Part shown: positions 41,209 to 51,502 of the stretch, piece after piece
Numbering within the stretch: position 1 is the stretch's first letter
Layout: each line of letters begins with the position of its first letter
Assembly: GCA_965247815.1 (NCBI GenBank)
Contig: CBDFHW010000025.1
Span: forward strand, 89,058 to 153,057
Source: Tepidisphaeraceae bacterium
Lineage (GTDB): Bacteria > Planctomycetota > Phycisphaerae > Tepidisphaerales > Tepidisphaeraceae
DNA length: 64,000 nucleotides
Reading direction: 5' to 3'
Program-made: the position numbers and the translations under genes
Notes under the pieces: model-generated
Databases searched by the model: none
Told to the model about the DNA's origin: nothing
Seen by the model: only the letters and a program-made list of their open reading frames with translations

Positions 41209-43339
41209 AGGCCAGACCCCCGAAGATAGCGCGGTGCGGTCCGTACTGGGCGGCGGCGACACCGACGCCCGAGCCGTCCCGGATCTGATAGTGTTCGTCG
41301 AACATGTTCAGTTCGTCGACCCGCAGCGTGACGTAATTGCGTTTCGAACCGTCGACGTGGAACCGCTGTTGAAAACCGACATTGACCGGGAAGTACTGCG
41401 GTTCTTTCTGCGAATTCGCGAACCCGCGGCGGAGCCCCGACCCGTAGAGCGCGTCGATGTAAACCAGCGTGTCCTTCCACGCGTACGACACGCCGAGAGA
41501 GGCGGTGTACTCCCCCTCATGGTCAAGTTTGATGTAGTGATTGTGGATGTACGCGAGCTCGTCATTTTCGAACAGGTACTGTTGAGAGATGATGTCTTTG
41601 CCCAGCGTGTTGACGTAAGAGAAATTACCGAACGCCGAGATCGGGCCCAGGGTGTATGTGCTGCTCAGTTCCGCGCCGAAGACTTGACCGAGCCGATAAT
41701 TGAACGGCGTGATGATGACTGCGTCGCCGAAGTGCCCGTTGTCCACGAGGTCGTGTGCGTCCTTGTAAAATCCGTCCACGCTGACCTTCCAAGCCTTGGT
41801 GACGTCACGGGAAATGCCGAGGTCGTAATAATTCGACCGCTCGACTTTCAACTGGCTGGAAATACGATTCTGCGACGCATTGGTCGTATTCTGGAAGCGG
41901 TCGACGGTCCCGATTCCGACGTACTGTAGGGGCGGCGGTACGAAATACCGGGAATAGCCTGCGTGCAAGGTCGTGGCTTCGTCGAGTTTGTAGACGAGAT
42001 TCACGCGGGGGCTCAGTTGTCCGCTGTCGGCGAAGTTCGTGTCGAAACGGTCGTAACGCAGGCCATAATTCAACGTCAATTTTTTGGTGAGCCGCCATTC
42101 GTCCTGAAGGTAAACACCTGCGGAAACGCCGTGATTCCCCGAGTCGTCGGCGAGATTAAGAGGCGTTGTTGATTGCTGTTGCCCTGCGACCGGGTCGACG
42201 GGAAAAACACCGGTGTTGGTCCGAAGCCGCTCGTTCGTAAAATCGGCCAGCACGCCTGCACGAATTGTGTGCTGATCGTTCAGGATGTATGAGCTGTCGA
42301 TCTGAAGGCCGTTGGTAAAGAAATCATTGCGGACTTCTCCCGCGACGCCTTGAAAGATCAGGTCGTTGGTCGAATCGGGCGTGAAATGAACCTGGCCGTA
42401 GCGTGTGAATGCGGCCGCTTGTACCGAAAAAGAGCCGGACGTCTTCTGGTAGGCGAGCACTGAGTAGTACTGCTGTTCGTTCTGATTTTCGTCGATCGAG
42501 ATCGAGTCGACCAACACCGCCTTGGGGCGCCCCGCGAGTGCGAACGCCGGCGGAAGCCCGGGCGTGTTCGGAATTTGAAAATCGGCATTCGAGGCGTTCA
42601 CCAACAGGCTGACCCGGCTGGTATCGTCGATGTGATAAGAGAGATACGTGAAAATCTTTTGCTGATTCGTTCTGTCGTGAAGCGCCTGGTAACCGGGTGT
42701 CGGGTTGTCGATTCCCAGGTCGTTGTGCAGTAGTGAACCGGTGACGAAATAGTCCAGTTTCCCGACAGTGCCGCCGGTCTCGAACGACGGCTCGTACGTC
42801 TGGTTGCTCCCGCCGTACAGAGAAATCTCTGTTTGATCGAGGGACTCCCCCGACTTGGTCTGTACGTCGACGATGCCGGCCGTGCGGAACCCGAACTGCG
42901 CGGGGAGGCTTCCGTCGATCAGCGTGATGGATCGGATCAGGTGCGAATCGAGTTCCTGGCCGAACCCGTTTAGGCCTTCGGGAAGAGTGACCCCATTTAA
43001 CCGATAAGTTAGATTCGCGTGTTCGCCGCGGACGTGCTCCTGCCCGTAGGAATCCTGCACGACCCCGGGCGCGCGGAGCAGAACCTGCTGTCCGGTGGCG
43101 TTCGCGCCGCCCGGCGTTGCAGCGATCTGCTGAGCGCCGATGGTGTAAGTCTGCGCGCCGAGCGGGGGCGCGATGTTGCTCCGAGCCGCGTCGAGGTCCG
43201 AGTCGACGATCACGCTTCCCTGGTCGGTTCCTCCGGGAACGGCGTCGGGGATCGAGGGTCGGGTGTCACCAATGCCCGCGCTGCTGGCTGGCGAGACTTC
43301 TGTCGACGCCTGGGCGATGGCGGGCATCGTGGAATGCAT
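41198..43339 (-). CDS. TonB-dependent outer-membrane receptor (plug + 22-strand barrel). Signal peptide lies upstream of an in-frame TGA.
   Basis: Plug-domain motifs and C-terminal ...FGGLAYAF. In the same frame, 43561-43460 encodes MLMHTHGNRWVLAVAGLCTPALGQTLPTSQPFGT followed by TGA (43459-43457). Confidence 0.8.
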   Translation of the reverse strand: MHSTMPAIAQASTEVSPASSAGIGDTRPSIPDAVPGGTDQGSVIVDSDLDAARSNIAPPLGAQTYTIGAQQIAATPGGANATGQQVLLRAPGVVQDSYGQEHVRGEHANLTYRLNGVTLPEGLNGFGQELDSHLIRSITLIDGSLPAQFGFRTAGIVDVQTKSGESLDQTEISLYGGSNQTYEPSFETGGTVGKLDYFVTGSLLHNDLGIDNPTPGYQALHDRTNQQKIFTYLSYHIDDTSRVSLLVNASNADFQIPNTPGLPPAFALAGRPKAVLVDSISIDENQNEQQYYSVLAYQKTSGSFSVQAAAFTRYGQVHFTPDSTNDLIFQGVAGEVRNDFFTNGLQIDSSYILNDQHTIRAGVLADFTNERLRTNTGVFPVDPVAGQQQSTTPLNLADDSGNHGVSAGVYLQDEWRLTKKLTLNYGLRYDRFDTNFADSGQLSPRVNLVYKLDEATTLHAGYSRYFVPPPLQYVGIGTVDRFQNTTNASQNRISSQLKVERSNYYDLGISRDVTKAWKVSVDGFYKDAHDLVDNGHFGDAVIITPFNYRLGQVFGAELSSTYTLGPISAFGNFSYVNTLGKDIISQQYLFENDELAYIHNHYIKLDHEGEYTASLGVSYAWKDTLVYIDALYGSGLRRGFANSQKEPQYFPVNVGFQQRFHVDGSKRNYVTLRVDELNMFDEHYQIRDGSGVGVAAAQYGPHRAIFGGLAYAF

Positions 43340-43671
43340 CGTCTGCGAGGTCGCGGGAAGTCGAGCCGACCTCGCGACTTGTTCTTTTGCCGCTTGAACT
43401 TCCGAATTACTCCGGTCGAGAAAGTCTTCGTATTGCCGGAGTGAGGAGTCGGGTTGTCATGTTCCGAATGGTTGCGAGGTGGGCAGAGTCTGGCCGAGTG
43501 CCGGCGTGCATAGGCCGGCGACAGCCAACACCCAGCGATTGCCGTGTGTGTGCATGAGCATTCTCCAAATTCAGAGGTTAATCGGCTGTGAAAGGTGCAG
43601 ACGCCGAGTACTCGCGCGTTACCGTGGGCGCTAATTGCGTATAGGTTTCGCTGAGGAATCGGCGTCAGATA

Positions 43672-44013
43672 TCAGGCGGGAATGATCACAGGCGGACCCC
43701 GGCAGTCGACGCGAAGCGTTGACAGTCGAGGAACCGGAGTTGTGGCAAACTGGGTTAAGAACGCGATGAGTAATCCGAGACTGATAAGGATCGGAATCCA
43801 GCCGATGACCGCAAATGGCAGGTGCAGCTGGGCATGGATAGCGCAGTTGGAATCGTCATGGTGGAGGGGGTGAGTGGGCTCACCGGTCACAGAAGCTGCC
43901 GCGTCTTCGCGCCTGTCGTCAGCGGTGTGCTGCAGATTGTGTACGTACTCAGCAGCCCCCGAACCCAAGGCGAGGAAAACGATCACCAGAAAAGAGGCTA
44001 CACTGCGATTCAT
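43672..44013 (-). CDS. Small membrane protein with His-rich motif (HPLHHDD), first gene of the TBDR operon
   Basis: ATG at 44013. Signal/TM segment, conserved Cys and His, and a second TM. Resembles small DUF2946-type proteins found upstream of some TonB-dependent receptors (low confidence). Confidence 0.4.
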   Translation of the reverse strand: MNRSVASFLVIVFLALGSGAAEYVHNLQHTADDRREDAAASVTGEPTHPLHHDDSNCAIHAQLHLPFAVIGWIPILISLGLLIAFLTQFATTPVPRLSTLRVDCRGPPVIIPA

Positions 44014-44135
44014 CGAGACGGCTTCTCCAATCAGCACAACCAATTTCGAACCTGACTTATTTCAGCCTACAAATTTTTTCTCGACTTGCGGCATTTCGAC
44101 TGACGCCCGAGAAGGGTGTCATGCGAGGCGTCTGC

Positions 44136-45077
44136 TCAAGTTCCGGCGTCGACGAAACGCTTGGTGATGTCGCCGTAGGCGTCGATTCTGCGGTCACGCA
44201 GGAACGGCCAGTGGGTTCGGCTGAACTCGACCTTCTCCAGGTCGCAGGGGACGATCATCACTTCTTCTTTGTCGACCGACGCCTTCTGGGCGATCTGTCC
44301 ATTGGGCGCGCTGACAAAGGACTGGCCCCAGAATTCGATGCCGTCGGCGCTCACCGGTTTGCCGGTCGCGTCGAGGATGTGCTCGACGCCGATGCGGTTG
44401 GGCGAGCAGGTGTAGCACCCGTTGGCGACGGCGTGGCTGCGCTGGATCAGTTCCCAGCTGTCGTGCTGGGCATGGCCGTACTCCTGCTTTTCCGACGGAT
44501 GCCAGCCGATGGCGGTGGGGTAAAAAAGGATTTCCGCGCCCTGCAACGCGGTGAGCCGTGCGCCTTCGGGATACCACTGGTCCCAGCAGATCAGCACGCC
44601 GATCTTGGCGTACGTCGTGTCCCATGCTTTGAACCCTGTGTCACCCGGGGTGAAATAAAACTTTTCGTAATAAAGCGGGTCGTCGGGAATGTGCATCTTG
44701 CGGTAGATGCCTTTGATTGATCCGTCCGTCTCAATAATCGCGGCCGTGTTGTGGTAGAGCCCAGCGGCCCGCTTCTCGAACAGGCTGGCGATGATCACGC
44801 ACTTATATTTCTTAGCGATCTTTCCCAACGCATCGGTGCTCGGCCCGGGGATGGTCTCGGCGAGTTTGAAAAATCGGTGGTCTTCCACCTGGCAGAAATA
44901 CTGCGACGCGAACATCTCCTGTGTGCAGATGATTTGCGCCCCTTCGCGGGCCGCCTTTTCGACAAGCCGAATTTGATTGCGGCGGTTCACGGCCGGGTCG
45001 GCGACGCAGGCCATCTGCGTCAGCCCTACCTGCACCACACGGTCCGATTTTTCAGCGACAGCGCGACGTTGTTTCAT
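44136..45077 (-). CDS. aguB: Carbon-nitrogen hydrolase, N-carbamoylputrescine amidase-like
   Basis: Nitrilase-superfamily catalytic triad context (E in CTQEMF, K in IYRKMHIP, C in VLICWDQWYPE). ATG at 45077. Confidence 0.75.
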   Translation of the reverse strand: MKQRRAVAEKSDRVVQVGLTQMACVADPAVNRRNQIRLVEKAAREGAQIICTQEMFASQYFCQVEDHRFFKLAETIPGPSTDALGKIAKKYKCVIIASLFEKRAAGLYHNTAAIIETDGSIKGIYRKMHIPDDPLYYEKFYFTPGDTGFKAWDTTYAKIGVLICWDQWYPEGARLTALQGAEILFYPTAIGWHPSEKQEYGHAQHDSWELIQRSHAVANGCYTCSPNRIGVEHILDATGKPVSADGIEFWGQSFVSAPNGQIAQKASVDKEEVMIVPCDLEKVEFSRTHWPFLRDRRIDAYGDITKRFVDAGT

Positions 45078-45303
45078 GGGCAAGTCGGTATAGCCGGACC
45101 GATTGAACAGGGCAACCGGCCGGGCGTTTATTGTCCACTTGAAACTGTCGCCCGGAAACGCACCCGCTTCACTTCTTAAAGTGGCGAAACTTTTTGATCG
45201 GGTCTGCGTCTCACAAAACATCGTCCAACAGAACATCGCATCCCGCACGAGCGAAGAGTGAAGGAGATCAGATCGGGAAGTAATCCTTTTCGGAGCCGAC
45301 TCG

Positions 45304-45816
45304 ATGGCGAATCAAATTCCTCTCGAAGTGTTGCAAATCCCCACCCCGTGCCCGGCTGATTGGGACGCGATGGCGGGGGACCAGCAGGTGAGGTTCTGCA
45401 CGCATTGCTCGCTGCAGGTGTTCAACCTGTCGGCCATGGACCGGCGGTCGGCCGAGCGTTTGATGGCCGAACAGGCGGGTGAATTATGCGTTCGGCTTTT
45501 GAAGGAATCAGACGGGACCGTTGTCACGGCCGACCCCGGCGGGTGGCGGAGTTCGATCAAGAAGTTGCGGGTCCGGGGCGGCGCGATCGCGGCGGCGATG
45601 GTCGCCGTCGTTGCGGGATTGATAGGGGTCGACAAACAAGCCGTCGCGGAACCCGCAGCGACCACTCCGACGTTTCGTGAGTCGTTGATGGGGGGTCCTC
45701 GTTACCCTGGGCCGACCACCGCCCCGGTGACGCAGCCGACGGTCGCGCCGCTCATGGGGGCGATCCGTCCTCCGAGCACGCAGCCGACGACACCACCGGC
45801 GGATGGCACTAACTGA
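45304..45816 (+). CDS. Membrane-anchored protein with N-terminal Cys motif (C-x14-C-x2-C) and Pro/Thr-rich periplasmic tail
   Basis: CPADWDAM...RFCTHCS motif, one TM (AIAAAMVAVVAGLIGV) and a PT-rich C-terminus. The topology is anti-sigma-factor-like. Confidence 0.45.
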   Translation: MANQIPLEVLQIPTPCPADWDAMAGDQQVRFCTHCSLQVFNLSAMDRRSAERLMAEQAGELCVRLLKESDGTVVTADPGGWRSSIKKLRVRGGAIAAAMVAVVAGLIGVDKQAVAEPAATTPTFRESLMGGPRYPGPTTAPVTQPTVAPLMGAIRPPSTQPTTPPADGTN

Positions 45817-45868
45817 CGCTGACAAACCAAGCCAGCGTGTTCACGTCGCGGCACCGACCCAGCGAGCG

Positions 45869-46675
45869 TCAAAGCTCTGGGGCGGTAAAGGCGATGTACT
45901 CGCCGATTTTCTCAAAGCCGAGCGATGACAGTGTCGATTTGACGGGGCAGTCTGCGGGGACGGCGATCATCACCGAGCGCAGCGTGGCCCGACCGCAAAG
46001 GTCGATTGTCTGCTCGAGCATCGACCGCCCGATCCCCCGCCGACGCTGCGGTTCGGCAACGTACCATTGTCGAACAGTCCCGATTTCCCCGGAAGTCAGT
46101 AACCCGATCGTCGCGACGGCCTTGCCGTCCTGAAGCGCGAGCGACGCTTCGAAATGGGAATCATCAAGATGCAACATCGCGGCTTCGACCGCCTGCCGGT
46201 CGCCGGGGAACGCGAGCGTCATCAGTTTTTCATACTGCTGGAACGCCGCGCGTGCGGGAATGACGGTGAGCCCCACAGGTTTGAACCGCCTCGTTTGGTA
46301 CCGACGGAGCAAAAGGATGTCCTGCAACTGCGTTTGCCAACCGCGGCGGGCCAGCGCGTCTGCTAGCGATTGATCCTGCTCGGAAGACAGCGCGGGGCTC
46401 AGCGTCAACAGCCGTACGGCCGATCCCAATTCGCGCGCGATTGAATCCGCGTCATTCAGAAGTTGCTCCGGAAGAGTCCCCGGCAGGATCCTCGCTTCCA
46501 GAAAACAGTTGGCGTCCGGAACATCCGGCCGGTCTTTCGAGTGGATGAACGTCCCGGCATCGTGAACGAACTCGGTGCCGACGTGCCGGCACCATTCGAG
46601 TTGCGACTGATGAAACAACCGGACAAGGCTCTGAGGAGTAGCGGAAGTCGCGTGTGGCAAAACGGGCAAGGGCAT
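45869..46675 (-). CDS. GNAT-family N-acetyltransferase (two-lobed)
   Basis: Acetyl-CoA motif A in the C-terminal half (VAEPQRRRGIGRSMLE). Confidence 0.7.
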   Translation of the reverse strand: MPLPVLPHATSATPQSLVRLFHQSQLEWCRHVGTEFVHDAGTFIHSKDRPDVPDANCFLEARILPGTLPEQLLNDADSIARELGSAVRLLTLSPALSSEQDQSLADALARRGWQTQLQDILLLRRYQTRRFKPVGLTVIPARAAFQQYEKLMTLAFPGDRQAVEAAMLHLDDSHFEASLALQDGKAVATIGLLTSGEIGTVRQWYVAEPQRRRGIGRSMLEQTIDLCGRATLRSVMIAVPADCPVKSTLSSLGFEKIGEYIAFTAPEL

Positions 46676-47036
46676 TGCCGCATCTTATTCGACTGACGCG
46701 GGCTTGGCATTTCGATTGCTCGGAATCGTTCTCAGCATGAATAGCTTTTTACCTGAACAGGTGGACATCATGGCTATCAAAAGTGTGTTCGACCGCGGCG
46801 GGGATGGCATGACGACAGGCGGGCTGGACCGGTTTTTAGCCCCGCCAGCTCAAGATCATTCGAACCTTCCGGACCGAATCACCGAGCCGGTCGCGAAAGA
46901 CGAGGGTGCGTCGGTCGTGAACTGCGGGGGAGCGGACAAGGATCAGTCTGTCTGCCAGCTGGCCGAGGCAGAGCGGGCGAAAGGAGTCGCTAATTCTGGG
47001 GAGAAGCCGGGCTGATGCCTGCCGGGTTTTGCCGAA

Positions 47037-47426
47037 TCAGCCGGCCGATCCGAGCGCCTTCATTTCCCGTTCGATAAGCTCCCGCAATAACGATCGGTGG
47101 CACCTTGCCTCGCGTTCGCATTGTGACGAACAGAGCAGCACAATTGTTTCGCCAGCCAATACGCGACGGGCAAGCTCTGCAATCCATCCGGCCTGCTGTC
47201 TCATCTCTGATAGATACCTGACTCGATAGGTGGCCCAGTCGATCCCGGTGCCAATCTTTCCGTAGACCAAAGCATGCAGTTCCTTGCTGGGGCCGAGTTC
47301 AGGCATCCAGACGTCCCAGGTCTCATTGGTCTTCGAAACACCCCGCGGGCGGTATCGGGTAATCAAAAGATGTGTTGCGCCAATATTTTTTGGCGAATCG
47401 TCCCAACGTCTGGTAATAATGGGCAT
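47037..47426 (-). CDS. DUF488 family protein (YeaO-like)
   Basis: HLLITRYRPRGVSK ... WMPELGPSKEL ... LLCSSQCE pattern of DUF488. Confidence 0.65.
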   Translation of the reverse strand: MPIITRRWDDSPKNIGATHLLITRYRPRGVSKTNETWDVWMPELGPSKELHALVYGKIGTGIDWATYRVRYLSEMRQQAGWIAELARRVLAGETIVLLCSSQCEREARCHRSLLRELIEREMKALGSAG

Positions 47427-47631
47427 CGGTCGTAACGGTTAACTGTTATCGGACGGGTCGCCGGCGAAACTGAAGACTGAAGTTCGCGTCGGCTGTTTTT
47501 AATCTTCCCATCCCGCATAGCCGAAAAAATCAGTACAGGTTCCGCTCGACCGCTGTCGGCAACTGAAGGTCTCGTCCTTCGGCGATGGTGTTAGTGTTTG
47601 GAATTCGTCTAGCCGTTCACCGGAGCATTCC

Positions 47632-48120
47632 ATGTCGCAGGAAATGTCGTTCGCCCAGGCCCTGACTGAAGCCCGCCAGATCATTGTGCAGCAGTCGAAC
47701 CGAATCAAGGGCGACTTGGATCGGATCAAGACGATGCAGGAAACGATCGCCGCGCAAACGTCCACCATTAGTGACGGCGACCGCAACCTGCGCCAGAAGT
47801 CCGCCGAACTCGACGCGATGAACGAGCAGGTGAAGACGCTGACGGCAAAGCTCGACGAGACGCGGATCGCCAAGGAGCAGGCCGAGGCAGTCATGGACCG
47901 GCAGGGACAGCGCCTGACTCAGATGCAGGAGTCGATTGCCGGCCTCGAAAAACAGGTCAACGATTTGGGTATACAGTTGAGCGGTGCCTTGGCGAGCGCG
48001 CCAACGCAGGAAGACGCCGAGGCACTCGCCGCGTTATCGCAACTGCTGGCGGCCAAGAAGGGTGGCAGTAAGTCGGCGTCCAACCCCGGTGAAGAATCGG
48101 CCGCCGCTGCCGCGGCTTGA
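47632..48120 (+). CDS. Coiled-coil protein, hypothetical
   Basis: ATG with a GGAG RBS. Heptad-rich, Q/E/A composition and an Ala-rich tail. Confidence 0.45.
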   Translation: MSQEMSFAQALTEARQIIVQQSNRIKGDLDRIKTMQETIAAQTSTISDGDRNLRQKSAELDAMNEQVKTLTAKLDETRIAKEQAEAVMDRQGQRLTQMQESIAGLEKQVNDLGIQLSGALASAPTQEDAEALAALSQLLAAKKGGSKSASNPGEESAAAAAA

Positions 48121-48388
48121 TAACACGGCTTGTTTGTTGCGAACTTCACCGGATTCCGCTCCGTCGCGATCGACGCTGGCGAAACCCGATGCGTTGTCCC
48201 GGATGCAGCCGCCACCATTAGCCACGTCGCGTCATCCCGTCCTCTTTCGACCCCCGCAAAGTTGAAATCGACCGTTTTCGAAAAGCCCGGCGATTCACGG
48301 CGTCCCTCTTACCGGCTAGCATAGGCGTTCGGCTGGACCCCCGGGCGCACGCCCCACGGACAGCCGGACGCTAAAACCCGAGGACTAG

Positions 48389-49096
48389 ATGTCATTGTCG
48401 GCTATTGAATCGCTCGAATCCCGCCGTTTGTTTTCTGGTATCGCCATTCAGGGACACACGCTTCGAATCGTGGGGGCCGCGGGCTCTTCTAATCTCATCA
48501 CCTACGGCTTGAGCAGTGACGGTCAAGGCGTCGACGCCACTTTGTCGTTTCCCACGAAAGCGGGACTGCAGTCGGTCACCCGCACGTTTCCACTTTCCAA
48601 AGGGCTGCATCTGGTGAGTGTCAGCGGTGGTAACAAAGGCGACTCGATCACCTGCGACGAAAGCCGGGGCGTGTTCCTCGTCAACGCCGTCATTAACGGA
48701 AACGGCGGCGACGACACGATCATTTCCGGTTCGGGTGACGACAAAATCTACGGCGGGGCCGGGGCCGATTCCATCAACGGCGGTGCCGGCAGCGACCGGA
48801 TTTTCGGCGACCCGGGCAAGGATACTCTCCTCGGTGGGGACGGCGACGACTACCTCAAGGGCGGTCAGGACCGCGATTCTCTTGAAGGCAATGCCGGTGA
48901 CGACACGCTGATCAACGCGTTCGGTGACGACACAATGGTAGGCGGCACCGGCAGCGATCTGTTCATCCGCAGCGTTACAGCCAGGAAGGCCTCTGACTTT
49001 GTTCAAGGCGTTGATCGGATCAAAATCGTCACTCCTTCGACCAACAATTCTTCGTCGCTCTTGAACACGATCTTCCCCATCACCTCACTGTTTTAA
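48389..49096 (+). CDS. RTX-type calcium-binding repeat protein
   Basis: Tandem nonapeptide repeats GGxGxDxUx (GGAGADSINGGAGSDRIFGDPGKDTLLGGDGDDYLKGG...). Confidence 0.65.
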   Translation: MSLSAIESLESRRLFSGIAIQGHTLRIVGAAGSSNLITYGLSSDGQGVDATLSFPTKAGLQSVTRTFPLSKGLHLVSVSGGNKGDSITCDESRGVFLVNAVINGNGGDDTIISGSGDDKIYGGAGADSINGGAGSDRIFGDPGKDTLLGGDGDDYLKGGQDRDSLEGNAGDDTLINAFGDDTMVGGTGSDLFIRSVTARKASDFVQGVDRIKIVTPSTNNSSSLLNTIFPITSLF

Positions 49097-49246
49097 TCCG
49101 ACCGACAAGCGGAAGACGTCTGATTTAATCCGGAACTTGTCATCCCATGGCACGCGGCTTGTATGGTTGCACGGCGAGCCGAGCAACTGCGACATCGCAG
49201 CTCTTGGTCCTGTTCTTACCCAACTAAAAGTTGGAAGGAGTCTACC

Positions 49247-49840
49247 GTGAAAGCCGCCAAATTATGCCTCGCCCTTTTGTTCGTTCCCGCTACCGCAGGC
49301 CTCATGACTATGACCGGCTGCGCGACCGCCCCGGCGACTGAGTCAGAAAAAGCCGACCTTGCCGTTCAGGGTAAAACGGATCTCACTGTGATCGAGCACG
49401 ACGACCCGTCCATCAAAAGCCTGATCGATCAGTCGTACGGATATGCAATATTCCCAGACATCGGTAAGGGCGGGATCGGTATCACCGGCGGTGGTGGTGC
49501 GGGCTCTGTCTATGAACGCGGCCAATACTACGGAACCTCGCAGTTGACCCTCGGAGGCGGCGGTCTAGCCGTGGGTGGCGAGACCTATACCGAATTGCTT
49601 GTCTTCAAGGACAAAGCGGCGTTCGACAACTTCACCAACTCCGGGCTAAAGTTTGACGCGAAAGCCTCGGCAGTGGCCATCCACGCGAACGCTGCCGCGA
49701 CGCCTAGCTTCGCGAATGGCATCGCCGTCTTCACATACAACACCAAGGGCTTGATGCTCGACGCCTCGATTGGTGGTCAGCAGTTCACCGTCAAACCCGC
49801 CAAGACGATGACGACTGATGCGCCAACGATTCAACAGTAA
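49247..49840 (+). CDS. SYLF (Ysc84-like, DUF500) domain lipoprotein
   Basis: GTG at 49247 preceded by GGAAGGAG. Signal with Cys (MTMTGC). SYLF-like motif GYAIFPDIGKGGIGITGGGGAGSVYERG. Confidence 0.6.
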   Translation: MKAAKLCLALLFVPATAGLMTMTGCATAPATESEKADLAVQGKTDLTVIEHDDPSIKSLIDQSYGYAIFPDIGKGGIGITGGGGAGSVYERGQYYGTSQLTLGGGGLAVGGETYTELLVFKDKAAFDNFTNSGLKFDAKASAVAIHANAAATPSFANGIAVFTYNTKGLMLDASIGGQQFTVKPAKTMTTDAPTIQQ

Positions 49841-49862
49841 TCCGGCGTTCCAAAAAAAGTTC

Positions 49863-49898
49863 AAGGGATCGGCATTTTGTTCTTGCCGGTCCCTTTTT
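49863..49898 (+). terminator. Rho-independent terminator after the SYLF gene
   Basis: aagggatcggc ... gccggtccctt stem (one mismatch) followed by ttt. Confidence 0.55.
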
Positions 49899-50116
49899 CC
49901 ATGCGCGTGTGGTTCAAAGCTGATTCCGATCCAAACGGTTCAGCCGAACGATTAGTATCCATCAGGGTGAAGAATTGCTTGCAGGGTCCGCCGAGTTGTC
50001 GCGACCGCCCTTCCAAAATGACGGTTTTTTAAACTGTAAAAAGTCAAACCTGCGTTTCGATTTCAGATGAGTTGGCTACACTTCGGTCGTTCTAAACCGT
50101 GCGTGCCGACTGAAAA

Positions 50117-51454
50117 ATGAAACTAGTTCATCGATACTTCATTCTGTTGATCACATCGGCCGGGCTGACCGGTTGTGGCAATCCGCCGAAGCCGTCGCAG
50201 TCAGTCGACGAACTGGTTGTCCATCGAGTAGGGCTCCAAGTTCAACATGCCGGGGAGCAGCCGCAAAGCGTCCGGGATGTGATTGCCCAGCTGATCGCGC
50301 GTCCTCTGTCGGCCGAGTCGGCCAGCCGGATAGCGCTGCTGAACAACCGCGAGCTTGCCGTCCAACTCGAAGAAGTCGGGATCGCCGAAGCCGACTATAT
50401 CGCCGCGGGGCAGATCAAAAACCCCGCGATCTACGCCGACTTTCGCCCGCCCGATCGCCGTCCCCCCAGTGGCGTCGACATTGAAGCTTCGATCACAGAA
50501 GACGTTCTCGACATCCTGCTGCTTCCGCTGCGGAAGCGAATCGCTCAGCAGCAGCTCGACCGCGTGGCAGTCCTTTCCGCTGATGTCGCGTTGCAGCTGG
50601 TTCTCGATGTTCGAGTCGCATTCTACGGTATGGTGACGCACGGCCAGGATTTGAAACTGCAACAGCAGCTAAACGCGGCCGCCGAGGCGTCGGCGGACTT
50701 CGCCCGCCGCCAGCACGACGCGGGAAACATCAACGACCTGGACTGGGCCAACCAGCAGGCCAATTATTCGGAAACTCAAATCCAGACGATCCACGCCGAA
50801 GCGATCCTGTCAGCCGACCGCGAAAAGTTAAATCGGCTTTTAGGTTTGACCGGCGACCAGACCCATTGGACGGCCGTCGACTCGCTCGACGCGATTCCCG
50901 ATCAGGACCCGGCAGAGCAGATTGATTTCGAGACCGCCGCGGCCCAGCGGCTCGACATCGCCGCCGCCTCCGGACAAGTGTTGCTCGCCGAGCAGGCATT
51001 GACCTACACGCAGAAGGGGCTGCTGACCGAGGTGCGGGTCGGTGCGAGTCTGGAGCACCAGACCGATCATCAGACCGTTGTCGGGCCTTCACTGTCGCTC
51101 GAGTTGCCGATCTTTAATCAGCACCAGGGACAGATCGCCCGCGCGGAGGCGGAGATCCGCCAGGCGAAGCGAAAGCGGGACGCGAGCCGGGTGCAGATGG
51201 AAGCCGAACTGCGTCTCGCCGCCGCACAAGTTCGCCAGGCAAGGTCCGCCGCGACGCTCGCCGAAAAAAGTTTGCTCCCGCAACGGAAAGCCGTGACCGC
51301 CGCCGCCCAGCTGCAATACAATGGAATGCTGATCGGGATTTATGCTCTGCTGGCTGCGAAGCAAAACGAATTGTTGTCGGCCCGCGAAGCGCTCGAATCC
51401 CGCCAGGACTACTGGGTCGCCAGGGCGCAACTTGACCGTGCCTCGGGAAAATAA
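50117..51454 (+). CDS. TolC-family outer membrane efflux lipoprotein (outer membrane factor, CusC-like)
   Basis: Lipobox LTGC. Two OEP repeat halves and coiled-coil helices. Directly precedes the multicopper oxidase gene. Confidence 0.75.
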   Translation: MKLVHRYFILLITSAGLTGCGNPPKPSQSVDELVVHRVGLQVQHAGEQPQSVRDVIAQLIARPLSAESASRIALLNNRELAVQLEEVGIAEADYIAAGQIKNPAIYADFRPPDRRPPSGVDIEASITEDVLDILLLPLRKRIAQQQLDRVAVLSADVALQLVLDVRVAFYGMVTHGQDLKLQQQLNAAAEASADFARRQHDAGNINDLDWANQQANYSETQIQTIHAEAILSADREKLNRLLGLTGDQTHWTAVDSLDAIPDQDPAEQIDFETAAAQRLDIAAASGQVLLAEQALTYTQKGLLTEVRVGASLEHQTDHQTVVGPSLSLELPIFNQHQGQIARAEAEIRQAKRKRDASRVQMEAELRLAAAQVRQARSAATLAEKSLLPQRKAVTAAAQLQYNGMLIGIYALLAAKQNELLSAREALESRQDYWVARAQLDRASGK

Positions 51455-51502
51455 GTCACCGCCGGAGACTACCGTACGCCGGGGCTGTCTGGAGGGATCA
51501 CC

